Shown: positions 1 through 8,718 of the stretch, piece after piece
Numbering within the stretch: the first letter of the stretch is position 1
Layout of the letters: each line of letters starts with the position of its first letter
Source of the DNA: a bacterium
GTDB lineage: Bacteria > Patescibacteriota > Dojkabacteria > SC72
Length of the DNA: 64,000 bases
Assembly: GCA_022840695.1 (NCBI GenBank)
Contig: JALHDC010000002.1
Location: 25,753-89,752 of the forward strand
Reading direction: 5' to 3'
The notes under the pieces: model-generated
What the model was told of the DNA's origin: nothing
What the model saw: the letters and a program-made list of their open reading frames with translations, nothing else
The model's database searches: none
Position numbers and translations under genes: made by a program

Positions 1-173
1 CTGACTAAAAGGATACACATTACTTTCCCTCCATTTAACCATTCTCTTGTAGAATTCATAGAAAGATGAACTCTGTTTTTTCCCAAATATTACGTCGAAC
101 ATAGTTAAATATATACTAATGGTGGGAACTATGGAAGATATATTAACAGATTTTAATACACTATGGAAAACTC

Positions 174-202
174 TTGACCAAAATTTTTAATAATGTAACA
201 TA
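174..202 (+). promoter_or_regulatory. possible sigma70-like promoter (TTGACC, 16-17 nt, TAACAT) driving the glmS leader/ribozyme
   Basis: TTGACC at 174-179 with an AT-rich -10-like hexamer about 17 nt downstream; located about 25 nt upstream of the ribozyme. Confidence 0.25.
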
Positions 203-223
203 TACATAGGGTATTTAACATAA

Positions 224-330
224 TAGCGGCTGGGCAATGCTAAGGACATTGCAACGAGGCAGGAGCTATCGAGACATCAGCGGGCACTCCTAGGCTGTAT
301 TGTAAGCCTAAAGGTTAGTTACAAATCCAC
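224..330 (+). ncRNA. glmS ribozyme (GlcN6P-dependent self-cleaving leader) in the 5' UTR of glmS
   Basis: AGCGGC near the expected cleavage site, 6-bp P1-like hairpin GCAATG/CATTGC, AACGAGG (consensus GACGAGG) at 253-259, GGAGC-UAUCGA-...-GCGGGCA-CUCC matching the conserved P2/P2a core (UAUCGA...CGGCGGAUGCC) with a compensatory closing stem, P3-like stem TAGGCT/AGCCTA followed by AAAGG; GC-rich island in an AT-rich UTR immediately upstream of glmS; 3' boundary (P4) uncertain. Confidence 0.75.
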
Positions 331-378
331 AAACTCTAACCAACAATCCCTAATCAATTAAAATAATTAACTACTACC

Positions 379-2166
379 ATGTGCGGCATATTTGGCTACA
401 CCGGATCTAATGTTGCAAACAATTTAATTTTTGACGGATTAAAAAGATTAGAGTATAGAGGGTACGATTCCTGGGGAATAGCGATATTAAAAGAAAATAA
501 AATACACCAATACAAAAACATCGGCTTAGTGAAAAAAGATAAAGATTTAGAAAAACTACCAGATGCTAAAATAGGGATAGGACATACTAGATGGGCAACT
601 CATGGAGGTGTAAAGAAAGTAAATGCCCATCCTCACATTTCGACAGAGAAAGACTTCACAATTGTTCAAAACGGAATGGTTGAAAATTTCGATTCATTAA
701 AAAAGCAACTTCTAAAACAGAAAGCTATATTTAAATCAGAAACAGACACAGAGGTAATTGTTAAACTTGTAGAAAAAGAAGTAAGGAGTGGGAAGTCTCT
801 CAAACAATCGTTAATAACTTCATTTAAAAAATTAGAGGGAAGAAATACCATAGCAATACTTGATTCAAAACAGAATAAAATATATGCAATTAAAAATGGT
901 TCGCCATTAGTTGTAGGACTCTCTAAAGATGGTATATACCTAGCTTCTGATTCTCTCTCCTTCTCTCCATACACTAAAAAAATTGTAGTCCTTGATGACT
1001 ATGATATGGTTGAAATTGAAGGAAAAAATATAAGTATATTCAATATTAAAACGAATAGAAAGAAAAAACCTGAGATTAAAACTTTAAAATATCAGTACGA
1101 GGAGATAGACAAAGGTAAGTATGATCACTTCATGCTTAAAGAAATTGTAGAGCAACAAAAAACAATTAATTATGCCACTGAATATACCTTGGAGGAGCTA
1201 AAACCTCTCCTAGAGGCAATTAGGAGGTCAAAAAAAGCATATATATTAGGAGCTGGTACTGCAGGATTTGCAGCTGGTCAAATTGGATATTTTCTAAGAA
1301 CAATAGCAGGCATAGATGCACAGGATGTAAAGAGCTATGAATTTAGATCATATCTTCCAATCATAACTTCTAAAGATTTAATAATAGCTGTATCACAAAG
1401 TGGAGAAACTGCAGATACAATAGAGCCATTGGAGATTTTGAAAAAGAAAGGTTGTAAGATAGCAAGTTTTGTAAATATGTTTGGTACTACAATATCCAGA
1501 ATGTCAGATTATGAATACTATACTAATGCGGGACCTGAGATATGTGTTGCTTCCACAAAGGTATTTACAGCTCAAAGTGCATGGGGATATCTTTTAGCTA
1601 TGTCATTAGCAGGAAAACATACTACAGCCCATAGAAGATTAAAATTACTAACAAAATCACTTAATAGTCTATTCACACCAAGTAGTTTTGACTACCTTAA
1701 ACGTATGTGTGGGGTTTTAAAAAAGAGTGAGCATATGTTCATATTAGGTAAAGGAGAAAATTCTTTTATAGCCCTAGAGGGAGCTCTAAAGATCAAAGAG
1801 ATTTCATACAAGCATGTGGAAGGCTTCTTTGCAGGAGAATTAAAACATGGAGTAATAGCTCTCATAGAGAAAGGTACTCCTGTATTTGGAATTATACCCG
1901 ATGATCATAAAGATAATGAGAACAAAGACATTATCAGTGCAATAGAACAGGTAAAGGCTAGGGGAGCTTTAACCATAGGTATTGGGAGTGAGCAGTATTC
2001 AAAATTAAAAATATTTGACTATTTCATTCCTACACCTCAAATTAACTCATTAAGTAGTATAGCCAATGTTATACCTTTTCAATTGGTATCATACTTTCTT
2101 TCTTTGCAATTAGGTAATAACATAGATAAACCTAGGAATTTAGCAAAATCAGTCACTGTTAAATAG
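379..2166 (+). CDS. glmS: glutamine--fructose-6-phosphate aminotransferase (isomerising)
   Basis: N-terminal MCGIFGY catalytic Cys nucleophile, two SIS domains, 595 aa. Confidence 0.95.
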   Translation: MCGIFGYTGSNVANNLIFDGLKRLEYRGYDSWGIAILKENKIHQYKNIGLVKKDKDLEKLPDAKIGIGHTRWATHGGVKKVNAHPHISTEKDFTIVQNGMVENFDSLKKQLLKQKAIFKSETDTEVIVKLVEKEVRSGKSLKQSLITSFKKLEGRNTIAILDSKQNKIYAIKNGSPLVVGLSKDGIYLASDSLSFSPYTKKIVVLDDYDMVEIEGKNISIFNIKTNRKKKPEIKTLKYQYEEIDKGKYDHFMLKEIVEQQKTINYATEYTLEELKPLLEAIRRSKKAYILGAGTAGFAAGQIGYFLRTIAGIDAQDVKSYEFRSYLPIITSKDLIIAVSQSGETADTIEPLEILKKKGCKIASFVNMFGTTISRMSDYEYYTNAGPEICVASTKVFTAQSAWGYLLAMSLAGKHTTAHRRLKLLTKSLNSLFTPSSFDYLKRMCGVLKKSEHMFILGKGENSFIALEGALKIKEISYKHVEGFFAGELKHGVIALIEKGTPVFGIIPDDHKDNENKDIISAIEQVKARGALTIGIGSEQYSKLKIFDYFIPTPQINSLSSIANVIPFQLVSYFLSLQLGNNIDKPRNLAKSVTVK

Positions 2167-2190
2167 ACTTAATATGGGTTACAATTAAAT

Positions 2191-2748
2191 ATGGATTCAA
2201 GTAGGAATAAAACTGTAGTGTTGTTTCTGTTAATGGGAGCTACTGTAATATTCTCAATACTGTATGTATTTGTAATACTGCCTAATAATAAAAGTACATT
2301 GGGAAGCTCTGATATACTTCTAGAACTACCAGTACAGAAATGGAATATTAGGTATTCGGAGTATGGAATACTACCATTTTGTAAAGATGATAATACATCA
2401 TTAACATTTGAAGTAGGACCAGATACTACAGTATTTTCATCAGTATCAGGTATTGTAAGCTCTGTTAAGGACAACATCATAACAGTTGAGGTGTCTCCTG
2501 GTATCTATGTAGAGCACTTTCCAGTATCTAATTACAATGTTTTTGAGAATGACTATATAACAAAGGGACAATCAATCGGAAAAGTAGATGGGGAGTATTT
2601 GAATTTAAGAATTAATGTACAAAAGAATGAGTTATATGAATGTCCATATAATTTTTTAAATACATTTGGAAAGAGTATCGTAGATGAGGTATTAGAATTA
2701 GTAGAATATGAGGGTAATGCTTGTGAATGTGCTATTTTAAATTATTAA
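2191..2748 (+). CDS. membrane-anchored hypothetical protein
   Basis: 185-aa ORF with N-terminal TM helix; no recognisable catalytic motif. Confidence 0.4.
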   Translation: MDSSRNKTVVLFLLMGATVIFSILYVFVILPNNKSTLGSSDILLELPVQKWNIRYSEYGILPFCKDDNTSLTFEVGPDTTVFSSVSGIVSSVKDNIITVEVSPGIYVEHFPVSNYNVFENDYITKGQSIGKVDGEYLNLRINVQKNELYECPYNFLNTFGKSIVDEVLELVEYEGNACECAILNY

Positions 2749-2759
2749 TATATAGATAT

Positions 2760-3041
2760 ATGCCTGAGTATGTATACAGTATTATATTGGTATTAGCTAT
2801 TGTAGGTATTATGGTTTGGTGGGTAGCTAAGAAGAGAGGAGAGGAATGGAAGGGAGAAGTAATTAAGAAGAGGTATTCTCCTGGGGATTATGAGAATTCA
2901 CCTAGTTATACTGTAGTGTTTAAGACAGATGAGGGTAAAAAGAAAAGATTTACTACAGCAGATAGTAAATATTATGATTCATGGAATGAGGGAGATAGGG
3001 CAGAGAAGAAGAAAGGAGAGTTTTTTCCAAGTAAGGTGTAG
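2760..3041 (+). CDS. small membrane-anchored hypothetical protein
   Basis: ORF; likely start at internal ATG 2760 (MPEYVY...), one TM then K/E-rich domain. Confidence 0.3.
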   Translation: MPEYVYSIILVLAIVGIMVWWVAKKRGEEWKGEVIKKRYSPGDYENSPSYTVVFKTDEGKKKRFTTADSKYYDSWNEGDRAEKKKGEFFPSKV

Positions 3042-3046
3042 TAATT

Positions 3047-3379
3047 ATGGAATTTGAAACACTTAGAAACAAGCAGGTGTATTTAATAGATAGGGATAAT
3101 AGTCCTTCTAAGTATAAAGAAGATTCTAAAAAGATAGAAGAAGAGATAAGGAAGGAGATATGGAATGGGGAATATAGTAAACCTATCTATTATTATGGTA
3201 TATCAGATGTTTTACCTGAATTAGATAAATTTACAAATGGAGATAGATCTAAGGTTTGTGTTTCTGATAATTGTGTATTTCCTGATAAATATAATAATAC
3301 ATTAGTTTATGTAGCAGAGGATAAGGTTATACATTGGTTTGTTTCTCCTAAGGATGTAGGATTGGAAAGAGGGGATTAG
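3047..3379 (+). CDS. hypothetical protein
   Basis: 110-aa ORF, co-directional, 5-nt spacing from upstream ORF. Confidence 0.35.
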   Translation: MEFETLRNKQVYLIDRDNSPSKYKEDSKKIEEEIRKEIWNGEYSKPIYYYGISDVLPELDKFTNGDRSKVCVSDNCVFPDKYNNTLVYVAEDKVIHWFVSPKDVGLERGD

Positions 3380-3406
3380 TAGGGTATAATTACATTGTTT
3401 TATTAT

Positions 3407-3484
3407 GGTGGATGTAGCTCAACTGGTTAGAGCATCGGTTTGTGGAACCGAGGGTTGTGGGTTCAAATCCCATCTTCCACCCCA
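3407..3484 (+). tRNA. tRNA-His (anticodon GTG) with encoded G-1 and 3' CCA
   Basis: cloverleaf folded by eye: extra G-1 pairing with discriminator C73 (His-specific), acceptor GTGGATG/CTTCCAC, anticodon stem TCGGT/ACCGA, loop TTGTGGA, T-arm GTGGG-TTCAAAT-CCCAT, CCA at 3482-3484. Confidence 0.9.
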
Positions 3485-3485
3485 T
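3472..3485. repeat. attL-like direct repeat (3' end of tRNA-His), ATCTTCCACCCCAT
   Basis: identical 14-mer recurs at 14365-14378; flanking similarity TCAAATC / TGAAATC. Confidence 0.7.
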
Positions 3486-3574
3486 GTAGAGAAACAATCT
3501 CTTTGTATTGGCAGCCTTTATTGATACTAAATCCAAGCTTGAGGTATGGTTCAAGTAGTTCGATAACTTTGTTT

Positions 3575-3793
3575 TTATTTCGTTGTAATCCCCTCATCGT
3601 TATCCTCCTTATATGATCCTGTATCGTCTTCAAATTGATATGGTTGATCATCTTCTGGATATTCAGTTTCCATTGCATTATCATCTTCTAGAAGGTCTGT
3701 AAGAGCCTCTAGAGACTGTTCATCCCCTTCATCGAATGTAGAAGTTTCTTCTGTATCTATTTCATCTTGTGTTGTCTGATCATCGTCATCCAT
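3575..3793 (-). CDS. very acidic small protein (about 45% Asp/Glu), last gene of the RM operon
   Basis: 72-aa ORF, 15 nt downstream of hsdS on the same strand; composition DDDD...EDD; no homology recognisable. Confidence 0.35.
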   Translation of the reverse strand: MDDDDQTTQDEIDTEETSTFDEGDEQSLEALTDLLEDDNAMETEYPEDDQPYQFEDDTGSYKEDNDEGITTK

Positions 3794-3807
3794 ATTTGAT
3801 TATATCG

Positions 3808-5025
3808 CTATATTAGCTTACCTTCAAAGGCTTTTTTAAGGATTGATTGACGGAGTGACTTTATAAAAGCTTTTTGCTCTTGAATCCTACGAATTGATTC
3901 GTCAGAGTATGTCTTTAACTTCTCAAGCTTCTTGGAAATCGCTTTTTGACGGCTTATGTCTTGAGGATAAATAAATGGCAGATTCTCTGTTTTTGATTTA
4001 TTTAATATTGGCAGTGTTGTACTAGAACTCTCAGTAGTGATTAATGAGCGTATTTTTCTGAGATAGAAATAAAGATATTTCATATCGAACTTTGGATTAG
4101 GAATAAAAGAATTGATTTGTTGGTTTGTTGTAAGCTCTACTTCTGCAATCCCGACTTTTCCAATCGTTGCACCTATGCAACATAAGAGTACTGTATCTTC
4201 AGGTAATAGTCTTACAACCCCAGTTTCGATTGCATATTTATCAATATATTTATTAGCCTTTGTGATTACGATTTCTGAGTCAGGTAAATCGCTTGGTCCG
4301 ACAAAAGGTATGTCCTGATTTGTATAGTAAAGTTTCTCCTTTGTTTGGGGTGTTTTTCCCGTGTATACTTGGAAAATATCTCCTAGTGATTTAATTTCCC
4401 AGCGATCATCTTCCTCAGGTAAGGTATGAGGGATAAGCCTCTCTAATGCACTATCCATTACCTTGTTTAATTTATCTTCAGCTTGTTTAAGCTTTGCTTC
4501 TGATTTATCTAATAATGTAAAGCATTCTTTTATTTTTGATAAGATTTCAGACTGTGTTTCTAAATCGGGCAAATTTATAGGAATTTCTCTTATGACTTTC
4601 ATCGGTTTTAAATTCTGCATTGCCGTGCCTGAAGTTTGTAGAAGATATCTCTTTTGGACATATTCTGATTCTAAGTAAAGCTTTAAAAACTCTGAGTACA
4701 CTTTTTCACTTGGTCGGATTCTTAGTAATGCTTGGTTTATAATGCCACTTTTTACACCTTTAGGAGCAATTGATAACTTTCCGATGGTTCCTGAACAACT
4801 CATGATTATGTCATTTGGTATTACTTCGAATGCCTTCATCTCTTGAAACTTCTCGCTATTTATATAATAGGAACCAAGTCTGAAATCATCGTAAATAGCA
4901 TTTTTTTGCTCATACACTTTATAACCATCTGGTACGAAAATGCTCTTCTTTAATGCTCCACCAAAAGGGCCTCTCTTTAGGTCTGCTACTTCATTTAGCT
5001 TGATTGTTTTAAAATTCTTTTTCAT
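3808..5025 (-). CDS. hsdS: type I restriction-modification specificity subunit
   Basis: 405 aa, two-TRD architecture with central and C-terminal conserved coiled-coil spacers, located after hsdM/hsdR. Confidence 0.8.
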   Translation of the reverse strand: MKKNFKTIKLNEVADLKRGPFGGALKKSIFVPDGYKVYEQKNAIYDDFRLGSYYINSEKFQEMKAFEVIPNDIIMSCSGTIGKLSIAPKGVKSGIINQALLRIRPSEKVYSEFLKLYLESEYVQKRYLLQTSGTAMQNLKPMKVIREIPINLPDLETQSEILSKIKECFTLLDKSEAKLKQAEDKLNKVMDSALERLIPHTLPEEDDRWEIKSLGDIFQVYTGKTPQTKEKLYYTNQDIPFVGPSDLPDSEIVITKANKYIDKYAIETGVVRLLPEDTVLLCCIGATIGKVGIAEVELTTNQQINSFIPNPKFDMKYLYFYLRKIRSLITTESSSTTLPILNKSKTENLPFIYPQDISRQKAISKKLEKLKTYSDESIRRIQEQKAFIKSLRQSILKKAFEGKLI

Positions 5026-5034
5026 TGCTATTTA

Positions 5035-5802
5035 TTAAAATGGTAATTCGTTTTCATTACTCACTGATTGAGGCTCTTCAATATTAAACTTTTTGTTGTA
5101 GTAGCTAATTAAAAATATTCCCACCGTAGCAACAGAATTAATGATAAATGAAGCATACAGAGGATTGTCTATAATTCTGTCTTCGGTTAATTTACCATGT
5201 GATCTAGTCTTTTCACTTCGGAGTTGTTCTATTGCTCTTGAAACAGCTAATAAGCTACTGCCTATTGTTTTCACCTCAGTAGGCATTTCTTTTTCTGGAT
5301 ATAATTGAAATTGTTTAAGAATATCAATAGCCTGTTCGTATAAAGTCTTTGTCTTATCAAAGTTTTCAAATTTACTATCCTTTAATATATGTTTTACGAT
5401 GCTTTCTAGTGCAGAATTAGCTAGTGAAATTGCATTATCTGGATGTTCGTAACATTGATTCAGTGCCTGTTTGAATGTTTCTCCAGCTGTTTGGTAGTTT
5501 ACCTTGAAAATATTATATATTTCAGATACCGCAGGTATAAAGTCTGGTGTATTAACTCCTATGTCTGCTGCGATTTGTAAAACGGTCTCATCGTCAATAT
5601 GTGTTAATGTCTGTGTCAAATCTATCTCGTTTGTATCTCCTTTGGTAATTATTACAAAATTCTGATTATTCCAATCATACTCTTCTATCCATTGCTCCAT
5701 GTATTGTCGTACACGCTTATACGTTTTGTATTCGTTCCATATAGCATTTTCAATCTCGAGTAATAACTGCATTTTGAATTTTGGAGAGATCTTATCTATC
5801 AT
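5035..5802 (-). CDS. hypothetical protein inserted between hsdM and hsdS; candidate HEPN/Abi-like defence protein
   Basis: 255 aa, start overlaps hsdM stop by 4 nt; C-terminal R-x6-H (RSEKTRSH) motif compatible with HEPN Rx4-6H; assignment tentative. Confidence 0.5.
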   Translation of the reverse strand: MIDKISPKFKMQLLLEIENAIWNEYKTYKRVRQYMEQWIEEYDWNNQNFVIITKGDTNEIDLTQTLTHIDDETVLQIAADIGVNTPDFIPAVSEIYNIFKVNYQTAGETFKQALNQCYEHPDNAISLANSALESIVKHILKDSKFENFDKTKTLYEQAIDILKQFQLYPEKEMPTEVKTIGSSLLAVSRAIEQLRSEKTRSHGKLTEDRIIDNPLYASFIINSVATVGIFLISYYNKKFNIEEPQSVSNENELPF

Positions 5803-7166
5803 AATTCTTTCTGTAATTTTTCCAAGTTATCTAATACCTCTTTAATATCCTTTATACTCTCTTGTATAAGTACTTCCGGTTCTGGAAGATCATCTAAGTT
5901 TCCTAAGCTCTTATCTTTTATCCAAGTGATATCTAAGTTGAAGTTTCTTTTTTGTATATCTTCATATGTAAATTTCTTCCATCTTTCTGTCTCTTCATTT
6001 CTATTCTGGTGTGCATCTTCAAATTCTTTGAAATAGTTTTTTGTTAATCCTTTTGTTTTGGTGATCTTTTCTACATTAGTTCTCATATCGTAGATCCATA
6101 CTTCTTCTGTTCTCTTACCTGTTTTTTCAAAGAAAAGAACGTTTGTTTTCACTCCTGCAGCATATGGTGTAAATACTCCATCTGGAAGTCTTAGGATAGT
6201 ATGTAGGTTGTTATTCTCTAATAATATCTTTCTAATCTTTTGACCATCGTTATCTTCAAAAAGTACATTGTCGGGCATAACCATTGCACATCTTCCTCCG
6301 ATCTTTAGAATACTCATACAGTGTTGTAGGAAGTTTAACTGCTTGTTACTTGTCTGTACTGTAAAGTCGTCTCTGGTGTATTTAGAGCCTCCAGATTTCG
6401 TTCCAAATGGAGGATTGGTTACTATTACGTCGTATGATCCATATCGTTCTTCTAGAGCGTCTCCAAAGCGTATATTGGCCTCTATATCGTGTAGGTAGAG
6501 GTTCATTATGCATAGTCTTCTTGTATCCCAAACAATCTCACCTCCTGATATTGCTTTCTTTTGTAGAAACTCTTGTTCTTCAATACTTAATGCTTTGTTT
6601 TCTTTTTCTAATTTACTAAATATGTGCTCAAATGCTCCAATTAAGAAGCCTCCTGTACCACAAGCAGGATCGTGTATTGTTTCGTTATGTTTTGGATCTA
6701 CACATTTAACTATTGATTTAATTAATTCTCTTGGTGTGAAGTATTGTCCTGCTCCTTTTTGATCAGCTGCAAATTTAGCTAGAAGGCCTTCATATGCTGT
6801 TCCTTTTACATCTATATCAAGTGTCCCCCAGTCGTTTTCGTTTATTAGAAGTATCAGCTTTGAGAGGTTTACTGGATTTCTGAATTTGTTGTTAGATTGG
6901 GAAAATATATCTCCTAATACGTCTTCTTGTTTCCCAAGTTCTCTAAGCATTTCAGAATAGTGTTCTAGAAGATCTGTACCACTATGTTCTAGCAGTGTAT
7001 TCCATTTATATTTTTCTGGTACATATGCTCCTCTTTCATCTGCCATTTTCAAAAAGAGTAGGTATGTCAACTGTTCAATGTAGTCTCCATAGTGCATACC
7101 GTCTGCTTTGAGTACGTTACAGTATCCCCAAAGTTTATTTACTATGTCTGATTCTTGTTGTGTCAT
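5799..7166 (-). CDS. hsdM: type I RM DNA methyltransferase subunit (N6-adenine)
   Basis: NPPFG catalytic motif (VIVTNPPFGTK), AdoMet-binding region, HsdM N-terminal domain. Confidence 0.9.
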   Translation of the reverse strand: MTQQESDIVNKLWGYCNVLKADGMHYGDYIEQLTYLLFLKMADERGAYVPEKYKWNTLLEHSGTDLLEHYSEMLRELGKQEDVLGDIFSQSNNKFRNPVNLSKLILLINENDWGTLDIDVKGTAYEGLLAKFAADQKGAGQYFTPRELIKSIVKCVDPKHNETIHDPACGTGGFLIGAFEHIFSKLEKENKALSIEEQEFLQKKAISGGEIVWDTRRLCIMNLYLHDIEANIRFGDALEERYGSYDVIVTNPPFGTKSGGSKYTRDDFTVQTSNKQLNFLQHCMSILKIGGRCAMVMPDNVLFEDNDGQKIRKILLENNNLHTILRLPDGVFTPYAAGVKTNVLFFEKTGKRTEEVWIYDMRTNVEKITKTKGLTKNYFKEFEDAHQNRNEETERWKKFTYEDIQKRNFNLDITWIKDKSLGNLDDLPEPEVLIQESIKDIKEVLDNLEKLQKEL

Positions 7167-7167
7167 A

Positions 7168-8718
7168 TTATTCTTGTCCTAAAATTATCTTTTCTAACTC
7201 TTGATAAACCTTCATTTCTGGAGTAATTACTTCTGCCAATTTTTGTTTGTATGTCTTTAGGTCAATACTTTTCAAAGTAGGTGTAACAGTGTTTCTAAAT
7301 GTTATACTTAGATCCTTCAGCTCGTCATTGATTATATCTTTAACCAACTTATCATATTCTTCCTTACTCGCGTTATTATCAAGCTTTGAAACCACCTCCC
7401 AGTCATACAAATAGTTCTCAAGCTCTCTTCGTTTGAGCATTCTTCTTTTGGTCGGATTCACTTTAAGCCATTCATCTCTATTCTCATTGTCTCGATCTTT
7501 TAAAACAAAAATTTTTAGTGAATCAAATGCTTTTGCTAATACCTTTAATGCTATCTCAGAATATCCGTCTGGTTCTGTATTTCCTCCGCTTGATACAAAT
7601 AATATCTCTGGCTTCGTTATCTCAAATATCTTGTTATAACAAATAGCGTCTATTCCTCGTTCATCGTCTGTATCATTGCGACCTTCGCAATAGTAAATCT
7701 GCTCAGGAGCTAGGAGGCCAGTTAAGTCCTCCAATGTTATCTTGAACAACTTTTTCCAATTTGCTGGTGTCGTCTTCATAGGGGTTAGTATTTGTTCAAC
7801 ATCGAAATCCTTATCAAAATCTAGCACAATGCTTTTGTCTTTTAGTTCCTTTTGTAGTGCTTGTAAAAAGCCTATGCTATGTGTTGCTATCCACAACTGG
7901 CAATTGTTAGGTACAAGTTTTTCGATCTCTATTAATAAGTTTCTTTGTATAGAAGGATTTATGTGTAGCTCAGGTTCGTCAATGCAAAAGATTGTATCGT
8001 TATAAGCATCTTTTTTGATAATCAAGTCAAGAACAATGTCTAAAACTTCTTTTTCTCCCGAGGAGAGATCTTCATAAGGTATATTTCGTGCTGATCCTTT
8101 ATGAAAGAATAATTGTCCTCTTTTTTCTATGACATTTCCTAAATCTGCCACTGATATATCTCCAAGAATATTTCTTAGTGATTGGTTAATTTGTCCAAGT
8201 AAATCGTTCATAATTTCTTGCCCAGTTTTTGTTCTTGTTACAAATACATCTTTCCAAGCTTTTCCTTGAAGTCTTTCATAGTTCTCTGTTAATCTGGAAT
8301 CTATCTGAGTCATACTTCCTGGTCTGTTTGTATCATTTAACAAGTCTTGCTCTTGTGCTCGTATCTGAGTGATATTTAGAGAAGGAGTATAACGATATGG
8401 AGTCCTAATGTAAAAACTCTTATTATTCAAGGCTGCTGAGTCCTCTCTTTCCACGTTAATGTTGGAATTTCTCGAGTATGAAGCTCCGCTCGGCTCTGAA
8501 CTTGTTACATATAAAGATTTAGACAGATATGTCACTTGAGGATTATAACTAGAGCCCTTATGATTCTTGTTTAACTCTTCAAAGGCGTCAAATACTGAAC
8601 TTTTCCCCGATCCATTGGGGCCAACAAGTGCTACTATTTTAGGTGAGTATCCATCTAAATCAATCTCAAGATTAGTGAAGCGTTTAAAATCTTTCAGAAT
8701 GACCTTCTTAATTCTCAT
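7168..8718 (-). CDS. ABC/SMC-like ATPase fused to C-terminal Toprim-like domain (OLD-family / PARIS AriA-AriB-like or Gabija GajA-like defence nuclease)
   Basis: Walker A GPNGSGKSS, signature-like LSSGEKEVL, Walker B FCIDEPELH, H-loop ATHS; C-terminal YYCEGRNDTD ... VLKDRDNEN resembling Toprim E/DxD motifs; embedded between hsdR and hsdM with overlapping ends. Confidence 0.6.
   Translation of the reverse strand: MRIKKVILKDFKRFTNLEIDLDGYSPKIVALVGPNGSGKSSVFDAFEELNKNHKGSSYNPQVTYLSKSLYVTSSEPSGASYSRNSNINVEREDSAALNNKSFYIRTPYRYTPSLNITQIRAQEQDLLNDTNRPGSMTQIDSRLTENYERLQGKAWKDVFVTRTKTGQEIMNDLLGQINQSLRNILGDISVADLGNVIEKRGQLFFHKGSARNIPYEDLSSGEKEVLDIVLDLIIKKDAYNDTIFCIDEPELHINPSIQRNLLIEIEKLVPNNCQLWIATHSIGFLQALQKELKDKSIVLDFDKDFDVEQILTPMKTTPANWKKLFKITLEDLTGLLAPEQIYYCEGRNDTDDERGIDAICYNKIFEITKPEILFVSSGGNTEPDGYSEIALKVLAKAFDSLKIFVLKDRDNENRDEWLKVNPTKRRMLKRRELENYLYDWEVVSKLDNNASKEEYDKLVKDIINDELKDLSITFRNTVTPTLKSIDLKTYKQKLAEVITPEMKVYQELEKIILGQE

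Noticed and set aside
666-974. Antisense/alternative-frame ORFs inside well-supported genes. Examples: 666-974, 2169-2480, 4112-4318, 6268-6762, 9039-9731, 17031-17420, 21334-21621, 28074-28373, 29588-30193, 34717-35187, 58323-58736.
   Set aside because: They are fully contained in, or antisense to, strongly supported CDSs, have low-complexity translations and no motifs. Treated as spurious six-frame artefacts.
3463-3684. 73-aa minus-strand ORF overlapping tRNA-His
   Set aside because: Overlaps the tRNA and the attL repeat; no coding signal; likely spurious.
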